From the IMG/VR virus record IMGVR_UViG_3300044769_000143: 64,000 nt of DNA; one strand, given 5' to 3'. Of the stretch, positions 49,133-58,270 are shown piece by piece (positions within the stretch are counted from its first letter, which is position 1; each line of letters begins with the position of its first letter). Made by a program: the position numbers and the translations under genes. The notes beneath the pieces were generated by a model that did not search any database, was not told where the DNA came from, and worked only from the letters and a program-made list of their open reading frames with translations. This DNA comes from a virus.

Positions 49133-50938
49133 ATGTTCGATCCTAACACGCTGTACGTATCGCTCAAGGCCGACAACGGCAAGTTCCTAGCTGCTGAAAA
49201 CGGCGGCGGGAATGAAGGTGAGATGGATGGCGAAAATCCGAAAGGTCTCGCCGTAGCCAATCGTGAGAAGCCGGGCTGGGAAGGTGATTGGCAAACCTTC
49301 GCCGTAATTCCTGCCGGCGGTGATCAATACGGACTGCGTGTTACGGCTGATGGTGTGAGCCGTTTCGCCTGTTGCGAAGGTGAAGGTCAAACAGGCATTG
49401 TAGTATTTAATCGGCCAGATCTTGGTGCGTGGGAAAAGTTCAAGGTATGGCAGCGGCCCGAAGGTGTGAGCTTCGAGGCCGTCTGCCGACCTGGATTCTT
49501 TATCAAGGCGTTTCCGGACGGCAAGGTCACCCTCGAACAGCCGATGGTGGGAAACGAAAACGGAGAAATGGTGCCGAGCCCTACTCCGGGCGGGTACGAA
49601 ACTTACAGCCCCGTAGTCGTGTACGGTTCTATGGGTGGCAGCGTAGGTTCGGATTCTCTTTCCTTGCCTGTGCGCCGGACCAACGAGGGCTGGAAAGACG
49701 CTACTGGTTTTCGTAGCATCGTACTCTGCTCATTCTTCCCGGCGCTGTATTTCGAGAAGCATGATCCTGCCCACGTCGATTACGTGCTGGACTTAATGGC
49801 AGAAAACGGAATCAACGGAATTCGTGGCTTCTGTTACGTGGGTGGCGCAACGGGTTGGGGAACTCATCTGGGCGACGGGTGGCGCGGCCGTGAGGTACTC
49901 ACAACAGGGATGACACGAAACGGTGAGCGGCTAGAAGCGTGGCCCGATGCACGTGATGTAGTGATTCGTCTAGGTCAGAAGCTCAAGGCGCGGAACATGT
50001 GTTGGGATGTCACCGCTGGTGACCTGCAGACGGCCGACAGCGAGGAAACACCGTACCGTCTCTCCGCAGAGGCACTAGAGTCCGCAGGCCTCCTCGATGT
50101 CGTGTGTCTCGCAGAAGTGAACGAAGGTTGGCAGAACAGCCGAAAAGGGAATGACCCGACACACTTTGCGGGATTGGTTAGTTCATTCGCTGTGCGCGGA
50201 ATTCCTTGGGGTACGTCGGCTCATCCACCTGATTCAACTGGTCCCGGCTACACGCGGAAACAGATGGAATACATGCAACGCAGTTCTTCAGTGGGTTGCT
50301 ACCATGTCTCCACGGGCACGGTGGATCAGGTTAGGCACACGTTCAATATCCGTCATGATGAGGAAGGCATTGGGTTCCGTATGCCCCTCGCCTCGACTGA
50401 GCACCGTGGTCCAGGTCCGGATGTTTCCAGTGGCGCAGTGAACAATGTAGATTGGGTAGCGTTTGTTGGTGTCATGACCGTGCTATCCGGTCAACTGTTT
50501 GTGCTGCATGTTTCGCAGGGTATTCGTGATCTGCCTACCGATCATGGTTGGCCGGCGTATGCTCCCTACATGGAGCGCACCACGAGGCTGTGCCGCTTGA
50601 TCCCGAGAGGCGCAGTAACGGGTATCGGTCACGGTGGGCGGGGCGGTACGGATCCCGAAAGTATTGGTGCCAGCACCCGTTCGGACGGTGCGTTCTACGG
50701 TGATAAGCCGGATGCGACGGATCAGTTCGAACGGATTGACTCAGCGGCTTATGGCACAGGCGAAGTCGCTGCGTTGTTCTATGGTGGTCACGGTCATCGC
50801 CGCGCTAAGATGGACAAGGTTTCAGGTACGTTTTACAACGCGAAAGGCGAGGCAGCTTTCGGTCCAGGTACCTTCGAGGGGAATATGGACTTCGGGGACT
50901 GCGGAGCCGGGCTGTTGTTCGTTGGGCGTCGCGCGTAA
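49133..50938 (+). CDS. Beta-trefoil-like N-terminal domain + clan GH-A-like glycosidase (depolymerase or lysin candidate)
   Basis: 601 aa. N-terminal repeats of the FL.AENGGG / W(E)xF(K)V type (fascin/ricin-like). Later LAEVNEGW and ASTEHRG are candidate acid/base and nucleophile Glu. Confidence 0.4.
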   Translation: MFDPNTLYVSLKADNGKFLAAENGGGNEGEMDGENPKGLAVANREKPGWEGDWQTFAVIPAGGDQYGLRVTADGVSRFACCEGEGQTGIVVFNRPDLGAWEKFKVWQRPEGVSFEAVCRPGFFIKAFPDGKVTLEQPMVGNENGEMVPSPTPGGYETYSPVVVYGSMGGSVGSDSLSLPVRRTNEGWKDATGFRSIVLCSFFPALYFEKHDPAHVDYVLDLMAENGINGIRGFCYVGGATGWGTHLGDGWRGREVLTTGMTRNGERLEAWPDARDVVIRLGQKLKARNMCWDVTAGDLQTADSEETPYRLSAEALESAGLLDVVCLAEVNEGWQNSRKGNDPTHFAGLVSSFAVRGIPWGTSAHPPDSTGPGYTRKQMEYMQRSSSVGCYHVSTGTVDQVRHTFNIRHDEEGIGFRMPLASTEHRGPGPDVSSGAVNNVDWVAFVGVMTVLSGQLFVLHVSQGIRDLPTDHGWPAYAPYMERTTRLCRLIPRGAVTGIGHGGRGGTDPESIGASTRSDGAFYGDKPDATDQFERIDSAAYGTGEVAALFYGGHGHRRAKMDKVSGTFYNAKGEAAFGPGTFEGNMDFGDCGAGLLFVGRRA

Positions 50939-50947
50939 GGAGATACC

Positions 50948-51298
50948 ATGCCAGCAGGGAAGCACAATATCTACATCGAACAAGGTGCCACGTGGTCACT
51001 TCCCCTGCGGTGGCAGGATGCTGATGAGATTCCCATAGATCTCACCGGCTTCACGGCCAGAATGCACATCAGGAAGAAAATCACGGACCCCGCGTACGAG
51101 ATCGAACTGACAACAGAAGACGGTGGTATCACCCTCGGAGGCGTTGATGGCACAATCAACTTGTTCATTGGCGCCGCCGATACCTCCCTGATTGATATCA
51201 AAACCGGCGCGTACGATCTGGAACTAGTTTCTCCAGGTGGCGTTGTTACCAGACTCCTGGAAGGAGCAGTCACAGTCAGTTTTGAGGTGACTCGATGA
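50948..51298 (+). CDS. Ig-like (BppU-type) tail accessory protein
   Basis: 116 aa. The DLTG...ARMHIRK...YDLEL...RLLEG.VTV pattern is common in small Ig-like phage fibre-associated proteins. Confidence 0.4.
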   Translation: MPAGKHNIYIEQGATWSLPLRWQDADEIPIDLTGFTARMHIRKKITDPAYEIELTTEDGGITLGGVDGTINLFIGAADTSLIDIKTGAYDLELVSPGGVVTRLLEGAVTVSFEVTR

Positions 51299-51552
51299 AT
51301 GACGATACCTTTGTTATCGTTGAAAACGATCCGCCAATTTCTGTCACGGTCGAGGGACAGGAAATGGTGGTTGTGGTCGCGGAAGCACAAGAACCGACGA
51401 TCATTAAAATTGGTGAAGGGGGTCCGTCAGTAGACCCAAACATGTTCTTCCAAGTGTTGCTGTACCTGTCGGAGCTGGACAACGAAACGAAGAAGCATAC
51501 GGCCCGAACGAACCTCGGGCTGGAAACTGTTGACGGTGGCGTTTTCACGTAA
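51295..51552 (+). CDS. Small fibre-associated protein
   Basis: 85 aa in ATGA overlap. Has the C-terminal ARTNLGLETVDGG motif seen at fibre N-termini. Confidence 0.4.
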   Translation: MNDDTFVIVENDPPISVTVEGQEMVVVVAEAQEPTIIKIGEGGPSVDPNMFFQVLLYLSELDNETKKHTARTNLGLETVDGGVFT

Positions 51553-51561
51553 GGAGTATCA

Positions 51562-52017
51562 ATGGCAACTCGTATTCAGCTTCGGCGTGGCCTGAAATCG
51601 GCCCTTCCCTCGACTCTTCTGCTGGCTGGCGAGCCGCTCTTTTCAACGGATCGCGGCACGTTGCACGTTGCAACCGATGCAACGACCAAGATCCCGCTTG
51701 TCCCCTGCATCGATGATCTCGCCACACTCGCCGCGATCACCGGTGCGGCTGATTTTCTGATTGTCCACGATGCAGATGGCACGGGACAAAAAGAGAAGAA
51801 GATTCTCTTTGACAACTTCAAGGCTGCGCTGAACATTCCTGTTGGTTCAGCCGACGAGAAAGTTGCCGTAGTTTCTGGTGGCACAGCCGGGTATATCTGG
51901 GGAACTGACGGCACGAATGGTGTCCTTCGCATGGGTGCCACCCTTGAATGGACCAAGGACGCCGGCAACGCATTCGTCACTCTCAACGTTGGTATCGTTG
52001 ACGGAGGCACGTTCTAA
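51562..52017 (+). CDS. Tail fibre protein with Mtd_N/hyaluronidase-type N-terminal motif
   Basis: IQLRRGLKSALPSTLLLAGEPLFSTDRGTLHVATD matches the IQLRRG...L.GEP..TD.G.L..G.G motif. Confidence 0.5.
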   Translation: MATRIQLRRGLKSALPSTLLLAGEPLFSTDRGTLHVATDATTKIPLVPCIDDLATLAAITGAADFLIVHDADGTGQKEKKILFDNFKAALNIPVGSADEKVAVVSGGTAGYIWGTDGTNGVLRMGATLEWTKDAGNAFVTLNVGIVDGGTF

Positions 52018-52019
52018 TC

Positions 52020-52250
52020 ATGCCACCACCGGTCATGCAGCAGAAGAGATCGGCGACGCCGGGTGCTGCTCCGACCGTCGCTGATTTACTCCCTGGACAG
52101 CTTGCCGTCAACACGAATGACGGCACGCTGTTCATGGAGCGCAACTCAGGTACGCCCCAAATCGTCACAATCGGGCGGCCAATCACGATCTCTGCATCTA
52201 GTCCCAGTGGTGGGCAAGACGGAGACATTTGGATTCAGTATACACCCTAG
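52020..52250 (+). CDS. Small fibre-N-terminus-like protein
   Basis: 76 aa. LLPGQLAVNTNDGTLFMERN is the same motif class as 51562-52017. Confidence 0.4.
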   Translation: MPPPVMQQKRSATPGAAPTVADLLPGQLAVNTNDGTLFMERNSGTPQIVTIGRPITISASSPSGGQDGDIWIQYTP

Positions 52251-52259
52251 GAGAGACAC

Positions 52260-52673
52260 ATGGCTGGTTTCATCTTCAATGCTGGTGCTGATGGTCTGTC
52301 CTCTGAGGGATCAATTGATTGGATTGCTAATACAATCAAGATTCGTCCCGTAGCGACCGCGGCTGGTGTGCCTAGCAAGGACGCCAACTTCATGTCCAGT
52401 ATTGGTGTCACGGGTTACGATGTGACCGTGGCCTCCAAGTCCAAGGTCAGGAATGACACCCTCGACCAGATCGTGTACAGTTTTGCGAGTTTTTCATTCG
52501 TGGCAGTTCTGGCCGGCGTGGGTGAAATCAATCGAGCGGTTATCTTCAAATCAGTTACGAACGACGCGGATAGTATCCCAATCGCAGTCGTAGACATTAC
52601 GCCTACAACGCCGAACGGGGCAAACATCAACGTGACAGTTTCCGCGAGCGGCGCGTTCGCTTCGCAGCAGTAA
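52260..52673 (+). CDS. Hypothetical tail-locus protein
   Basis: 137-aa ORF with AGGAGAG SD. Confidence 0.5.
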   Translation: MAGFIFNAGADGLSSEGSIDWIANTIKIRPVATAAGVPSKDANFMSSIGVTGYDVTVASKSKVRNDTLDQIVYSFASFSFVAVLAGVGEINRAVIFKSVTNDADSIPIAVVDITPTTPNGANINVTVSASGAFASQQ

Positions 52674-52674
52674 C

Positions 52675-54081
52675 ATGCCACACACTTTCGGGAATCAGAC
52701 GACACTCGTTACCTCGTCGGCAACAACCATTACGTCGGCCGAGTACACGCCGACGGCTGGCTCGACGCTTGTTGTCTTGATGATATTCGTGGGTGGCTCT
52801 GTTGATCGTGCTGGTACGTTTACGAGCCTTCCAACGTATGCTGGCTTCAGGATGCGGCAAGCATCCAGTACAATGGCACCGGGTACACAGGAAGCCAGTA
52901 TCGAAGTCTGGTACCTCTGCGGCGGAATACTTCCCGCCAGCGGCGCATTTGTCATTCCCAATCCTGGTGCGCTTTCCGTATCGTATATCGCCGCATCCGC
53001 GATAGCTGACACAGGATTTGCGTCCGCGCTGGATAACGCTGGTGGTGGAGCTAGTGGCGGTGCGACGAATCCCACCATGAATGCCAATGCGACCACCACG
53101 AATACGCTGACGTTTGCTGTTGTTGTCGACAATGATGACGCGTGGGCACCCACTGGTCAGACAGGAACATCCATTGTTTCTCAAGACATGGGTGCATACG
53201 GTATTGCTGCACAATATCATCCTCGTAGTGCGTCGGGCGTCGCTGCAATTGGCTGGACGTTTGGAACAGTCGCCGCATATGCGACCATCCATTTCGTTGC
53301 CAAGGAAGTAACGTTTCCGGGCGATCATCTCTACGGAGGTGCTACAACGCTGGTGACGGCTGCAACGAGCCCCATTACGTCAGCCACGTATACCCCACCT
53401 TCGGGTGCGACCGCTGTTGTCCTGATGATGATTGTTGCAGGCGCAACAGATCGTGCGGGTGGCGCCCCTACGTATGGTGGCGTCACGATGACGCAGGCCA
53501 ATACCACACAGAAAGCTGCTGCATCTCCCGAGGCGAGCGTGGAAGTGTGGTACGTCTGCGGGGAGGCTACGCCGTCTTCAGGAACCTTTGTCATTCCCAA
53601 TACGGGAACACGCTCAATATCGTACGTGGGGTCGTGCTGTAAAACGGGAGCGGGGTTTACTTCCGCTTTTGACGTAGCGATTGGCAGTAACGGAACCAGT
53701 ACGACTCCGAGCGCGACCAGCATGACCACCACCACGAATGGCAGCATTGTTTTTGCCGCCGCTGCTAGTGGCATGCAGACATGGGCACCGATTGGCTATG
53801 CAGGTGCACCCATTTTTGACGTCGATCTCGGAGCAATTGGCGGTGGTGGCCAGTACGTGTTCAAGACCACAGCGGGCAATCAAACAATGTCGTGGTCCCA
53901 GGGTACATCTGATGATTGGGGCGCGGTCGCTGTTGCGTTCAAGCCTGTAGCCATTTCTGCTTTGGAAGCATCCCTGTCTCTAGCCACTGCAACATGGGAT
54001 GTTCCTGCCATGACTGCCAGTCTCCCCGGTGGCGTGAACGTCAATCCTCTGCTGTTAGCTCATCGTCGGAGAAGGATATAA
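52675..54081 (+). CDS. Tail-locus protein made of two tandem homologous domains of about 215 aa
   Basis: TTLVTSSATTITSAEYTPTAGSTLVVLMIFVGGSVDRAG... (aa 9-) is repeated as TTLVTAATSPITSATYTPPSGATAVVLMMIVAGATDRAG... (aa 224-). Confidence 0.55.
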   Translation: MPHTFGNQTTLVTSSATTITSAEYTPTAGSTLVVLMIFVGGSVDRAGTFTSLPTYAGFRMRQASSTMAPGTQEASIEVWYLCGGILPASGAFVIPNPGALSVSYIAASAIADTGFASALDNAGGGASGGATNPTMNANATTTNTLTFAVVVDNDDAWAPTGQTGTSIVSQDMGAYGIAAQYHPRSASGVAAIGWTFGTVAAYATIHFVAKEVTFPGDHLYGGATTLVTAATSPITSATYTPPSGATAVVLMMIVAGATDRAGGAPTYGGVTMTQANTTQKAAASPEASVEVWYVCGEATPSSGTFVIPNTGTRSISYVGSCCKTGAGFTSAFDVAIGSNGTSTTPSATSMTTTTNGSIVFAAAASGMQTWAPIGYAGAPIFDVDLGAIGGGGQYVFKTTAGNQTMSWSQGTSDDWGAVAVAFKPVAISALEASLSLATATWDVPAMTASLPGGVNVNPLLLAHRRRRI

Positions 54082-54082
54082 T

Positions 54083-55726
54083 ATGCGATACCTGCGACAG
54101 AGTACGCTCAAGGTAATCCAGGTTGGTCCCTTCCTCGATGCCACCGATGGTGTAACAGCAAAGACAGCACTCACCGTCACGGTACAAGTGTCGAAAGACG
54201 GTGCAGCATTCGCAGCTCGCAACAGTGCGACAGCGATCACGCACGACGCCGATGGCTTCTATCGAGTGGAACTTAGTGCAACTGATACAGATACAGCTGG
54301 TCCGCTCGTTATCAAATCATTTGTTGCTACTGCTGCCCCGGTCTGGCACGAATTTGCAATTCTGTCTCAGTCGAGGTATGATCTGGCGATCTTGGGATCA
54401 GGTATCCAGCCGGTCAATCTCGTGCAGATCGACGGACTCGCGACGACAGGCAATAACGCGACGCTGAATCTCAAGCAATTGACCGTGATCAATGACGCGG
54501 GCACGGCCATTCTGGCGATGAGTTCTGGTGGCAACGGATCCGGGTTGGAGTTGAACGGCAGTGGATCTGGGCGCGGATTGCGTGCAACGGGCGGTACCAC
54601 AGGCAATGGCATTGAAGGCGCTGGCGGTGGTCTGGGCAAGGGGTTGCTCTGCACGGGTGGTGCGACCGGACACGGGGCAGAATTTCTTGGGGGATCCTCC
54701 TCTGGTAGTGGCATACAGGCACGGGCGACAAACATTGGATCCGGGATCTACGCCCAAGGGGCGTCGAACAATAGCGGCTTCTACGGCGTTGGATCGGGAA
54801 CGGGATCCGGCCTGACGGTGGAATCCACCGGAGCTGGCGCTGGTCTGCGGTCCTTTTCGTCAACCGGTCACGGCATGCATGTATCCGGGGGTGGCGCGAG
54901 TGAGGGGCTGTTGTGTGCAGGTGGCGCGACCGGTAATGGGGCTGAATTCTCAGGCGGCGCGACATCAGGCCACGGAATTTTGACACGAGCAGGTGGTGGT
55001 ACGGGCGCTGGCATGAGTGCGCAGGGTGGCAATACCGGACCCGGTGTGGAAATCACCGGCGGTGCCATTGCGAATGGATTACAGATCACCGGTGGCGTGA
55101 CAAGCGGTGATGGTATTTGGGTACTAGGAACCGGATCGACGGGTACAGGTATGCGTTTGCAGGCGCAGGGAAACGGGCACGGCTTGGCATTGACTGGCGC
55201 TGGCACGGGGTCAGGACTGAGCGTACAGGGCGGGGCGACCGGCCATGGTGCGCAATTCACGGGTGGTGCGTCATCCGGCAGCGGTCTGGCATGTACAGGC
55301 GGCCCTACCAGTGATGGGCTGCACGTGCAGGGCGGTACGAACGGGACCGGGGCCACGTTTGCCGGCGGCGGTGGAGCGAGCACCACCGGGTTGTACGTGT
55401 TCGGCACCGGCTCGGGTTCGGGGATCTGGGCAGAATCGACCGGCTCTGGGAACGGCATCAAGGGTACGTCGGGGACCGGCAAGGCCCTCGGCGACGCCAT
55501 CGTCGATAGCATCCTGACGCGCGCCAGCATCGCCGAACCCGCCGCCGTGCCGAGCTACCCGCTGTCACTGGGATCCGCGCTCGGCTGGATCGGCGCACTG
55601 TCCCGCAACAAGATTCTTCAGACCTCGACCACGCAGTCCGTTCGTAATGACGCGGACAGCGCAACTATCGCCACGGCAACTCACACTGTTGCAGGCGGAA
55701 CCCACACTCGAGGGGAGTTCAGCTAA
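54083..55726 (+). CDS. Glycine-rich solenoid-type fibre protein
   Basis: 547 aa. About 30 consecutive 9-11-residue units of the GG.TG.G.E type between aa about 140 and 470. Confidence 0.5.
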   Translation: MRYLRQSTLKVIQVGPFLDATDGVTAKTALTVTVQVSKDGAAFAARNSATAITHDADGFYRVELSATDTDTAGPLVIKSFVATAAPVWHEFAILSQSRYDLAILGSGIQPVNLVQIDGLATTGNNATLNLKQLTVINDAGTAILAMSSGGNGSGLELNGSGSGRGLRATGGTTGNGIEGAGGGLGKGLLCTGGATGHGAEFLGGSSSGSGIQARATNIGSGIYAQGASNNSGFYGVGSGTGSGLTVESTGAGAGLRSFSSTGHGMHVSGGGASEGLLCAGGATGNGAEFSGGATSGHGILTRAGGGTGAGMSAQGGNTGPGVEITGGAIANGLQITGGVTSGDGIWVLGTGSTGTGMRLQAQGNGHGLALTGAGTGSGLSVQGGATGHGAQFTGGASSGSGLACTGGPTSDGLHVQGGTNGTGATFAGGGGASTTGLYVFGTGSGSGIWAESTGSGNGIKGTSGTGKALGDAIVDSILTRASIAEPAAVPSYPLSLGSALGWIGALSRNKILQTSTTQSVRNDADSATIATATHTVAGGTHTRGEFS

Positions 55727-57393
55727 TGGCGATCAACGGGAACACGAAGTGGGAGATCCGCACGACGGGCGCCGATACCAACGGCGGCGGGATCTTTCAT
55801 TCGGGCATGAACGTGCAGTTGACCGCAACGTCTGCACAAACAGCGAGTCCCGTGGTGAGTTGTCCTTCGTATACGTTTGTGTCGACCGACGTCGATCAGT
55901 GGTTGTTCATCTACAAGGGCACGATCTGGGTCACGGGCCTGTATCGGATCGCCAGCGTGACCGGGGGAAATGCCACACTCGATGCCGCCGTCGGCAAGGT
56001 GCTGCTGTACACCAACGACGGTGTAAGCCTGGACTTCTCCGGGTATAACACGGTTGCGGGGTGTGCGAATACCGATAGTCCGACCGCGGGCGAGTGGAAT
56101 ATCGACTACACCCAGCGCGACACGCCGCAATGGACCGGCAGCAATCTAACTGTCGATGCCACAACCACGACCGATGTAATTCCCGATGGCGTGACGCCAG
56201 GACAAAATCACATTGGTAGTGTGATCCGTGTGTCAGGAGGGTCGCTGACCGCCGGACATTATCAGATTCTCTCTATTCAAGGGAGCCCTACGCGCTGGCG
56301 GTTGGATCGCGCAGCGGGCGCGACCAGCGCTTCGGGAAGCGCGTGGGCACTTGGTGGCGCGCTGGCGTCGCTCGGCAAGTGCGGCGAGTTGAATATCCTG
56401 CAGGGCGCGCTCACCGGCACGACGATCTGGATCAAGGCCGGTACGTACAACATCAGCAGCGCCACCGCGAATGTGGCCGGGGGGTGCTGGTCGAATACGT
56501 TGAGCGGGCCACGGTTCCAAGGCTACGAACTTGTTCGAGGGGATAGGACTGGTGTCCGTCCGTTGCTCAAGGCCAGCGGCAGCATTGCGACGTTCACCAT
56601 GATTACGTCGGGTAGCACGTCGCGCGACACGTACATCGAGAACATCGACTTCGACGGCACCAGTTACACGTCCAGTCGTGGGCTCAATGTCTTCCGCGCC
56701 TACATCGCCGATTGTGCGTTCTACAGTTTTCGCAACAACGGGATCAACATGGCGAGCGGGCACGCGATCAACTGCTACGCCGAGGACTGCGCGACGCAGT
56801 ACGCGTTCGTGTGCTCGGCTGGCGTGATGTACGGCTGCGTCGCCAAAAACTGTCTGAATCTGGCCGGGTATAGTGGCGTCGCACGGTTCATCAACTGCAT
56901 TGCATGGGGCTGCGGACGCGGATTCGAACTTGCGACAGGGGCTGCGATCATCAACTGCATCGCGTACGCCACGCCGTCGGGTGGCAACGGCATCGTGGCG
57001 ATTGGCTCGGGGCTCGTGATCAACACGATCCTCATGGAGAACACAGGCGTGGGTATTTCGGACAACAGCGGCTATTCCAACCGTAAGGGCCTGCTGATCC
57101 GTAATTGCGCGTTCTACAACAACACAGGCGGGGAAGGTGTGAAGGGCGACCGACAGGCCGAGAATATCACGCTCACGGCGAATCCGTTTGTGAGCCCGAC
57201 CACGGGCAACTTCGCGCTCAACGAGACGGCAGGCGGTGGTGCGGCGCTGCGGGCGCTGGGGTATCCTGCCGCGTTCCCCAGCATCAGCACGGCCCACAGC
57301 ATCAGCATTGGCGCGGCCGAGCCCGTCGATCCCACCAACGCCGAGATCGCCGCCGCCGTCTGGACGTACGCGGATCGTGAACTGACGGCCTGA
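55726..57393 (+). CDS. Right-handed beta-helix (pectate-lyase-like) tailspike/depolymerase candidate
   Basis: 555 aa. Periodic NCYAEDC / NCIAWGC / NCIAYA / RNCAFYNN units typical of PbH1 repeats. Confidence 0.55.
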   Translation: MAINGNTKWEIRTTGADTNGGGIFHSGMNVQLTATSAQTASPVVSCPSYTFVSTDVDQWLFIYKGTIWVTGLYRIASVTGGNATLDAAVGKVLLYTNDGVSLDFSGYNTVAGCANTDSPTAGEWNIDYTQRDTPQWTGSNLTVDATTTTDVIPDGVTPGQNHIGSVIRVSGGSLTAGHYQILSIQGSPTRWRLDRAAGATSASGSAWALGGALASLGKCGELNILQGALTGTTIWIKAGTYNISSATANVAGGCWSNTLSGPRFQGYELVRGDRTGVRPLLKASGSIATFTMITSGSTSRDTYIENIDFDGTSYTSSRGLNVFRAYIADCAFYSFRNNGINMASGHAINCYAEDCATQYAFVCSAGVMYGCVAKNCLNLAGYSGVARFINCIAWGCGRGFELATGAAIINCIAYATPSGGNGIVAIGSGLVINTILMENTGVGISDNSGYSNRKGLLIRNCAFYNNTGGEGVKGDRQAENITLTANPFVSPTTGNFALNETAGGGAALRALGYPAAFPSISTAHSISIGAAEPVDPTNAEIAAAVWTYADRELTA

Positions 57394-57394
57394 C

Positions 57395-57958
57395 ATGGAT
57401 ACAGCTGCTAATATTGCTGCAGCGGTTTGGGAATACCCAACACGTACGCTTTCTCCGGGAACAGCAGGAACACCTGCAACACGTGCCGAAGCAATAGCAG
57501 CTGCTGTCTGGACATATTCTTCTCGAACAGCAACAGGTGGTGAACCAGCTGGTCCGGTAATCACCCCAGCAATTTCCACGTGGGTCACGAACTCACTTGT
57601 TGCTGTTCCGGATGCAGCAACTGCAACGCTCAACCTTGCATTATCTACGTGGGTCGTTCAAAATCTCACGGCCAGTTTACCAGCCGGAGCCGATGATATA
57701 ATCCTGCGCAGCCAGCAGGGCATTCCGCTCTTCTGGCTACGCGGCGGGATTATCAGTGAGGAAGATCTGCTCACTGACCCAGAAGTCCTAGACTTCCTGC
57801 TTGGCCTGTACGCTGGTCCCCTCGAAGCAGTCGCAGTCACCCCACTCAGCGTGAATGTTAGTGGCACGTGGAAGGAAGCAGTTGCCTACGTACGAGTAGC
57901 TGGTGCTTGGAAGTCCGCAACGATTAGTACAAAGGTAGGTGGAGTGTGGAAGAGCTAG
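57395..57958 (+). CDS. Tail fibre-associated protein with IAAAVW.Y..R.L repeats
   Basis: 187 aa. Two N-terminal copies of a motif also present at the C-terminus of the preceding ORF. Confidence 0.45.
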   Translation: MDTAANIAAAVWEYPTRTLSPGTAGTPATRAEAIAAAVWTYSSRTATGGEPAGPVITPAISTWVTNSLVAVPDAATATLNLALSTWVVQNLTASLPAGADDIILRSQQGIPLFWLRGGIISEEDLLTDPEVLDFLLGLYAGPLEAVAVTPLSVNVSGTWKEAVAYVRVAGAWKSATISTKVGGVWKS

Positions 57959-58269
57959 AACTGGCAGAACCCATTATCATTCCAGAAGTTAGAACAAGCA
58001 AATTTCGTGTGATTACATTAAGTCTGGAACTAGCAAAACCCGATGGTTCAGCAGCTGCGCTAATTCGTATCATTTTAGCAGACAATAACAACAAACAGAT
58101 TCAGCACAATTATCATGGAATAGATGCGGAAATATTGATTCAATGGATAAACACCGCCAATTTCAGTAATCAGAGTTTACACAAACGAATGTTACAAAAA
58201 TTATCTGCTGAAGGAGTTCTACCGGCAGGAGAAGTGACTGGTTTTCCGGATCCGCCGATTACTGGCTAA
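57946..58269 (+). CDS. Hypothetical protein
   Basis: 107-aa AT-rich ORF with GTG start after GGTGGAG. Confidence 0.45.
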   Translation: MEELELAEPIIIPEVRTSKFRVITLSLELAKPDGSAAALIRIILADNNNKQIQHNYHGIDAEILIQWINTANFSNQSLHKRMLQKLSAEGVLPAGEVTGFPDPPITG

Positions 58270-58270
58270 A

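Noticed and set aside
51562-54081. A diversity-generating retroelement, suggested by the Mtd_N-like motif and the duplicated domain.
   Set aside because: There is no reverse transcriptase ORF in the window. The two halves of 52675-54081 are far too divergent to be a TR/VR pair, and their differences are not adenine-specific by eye.
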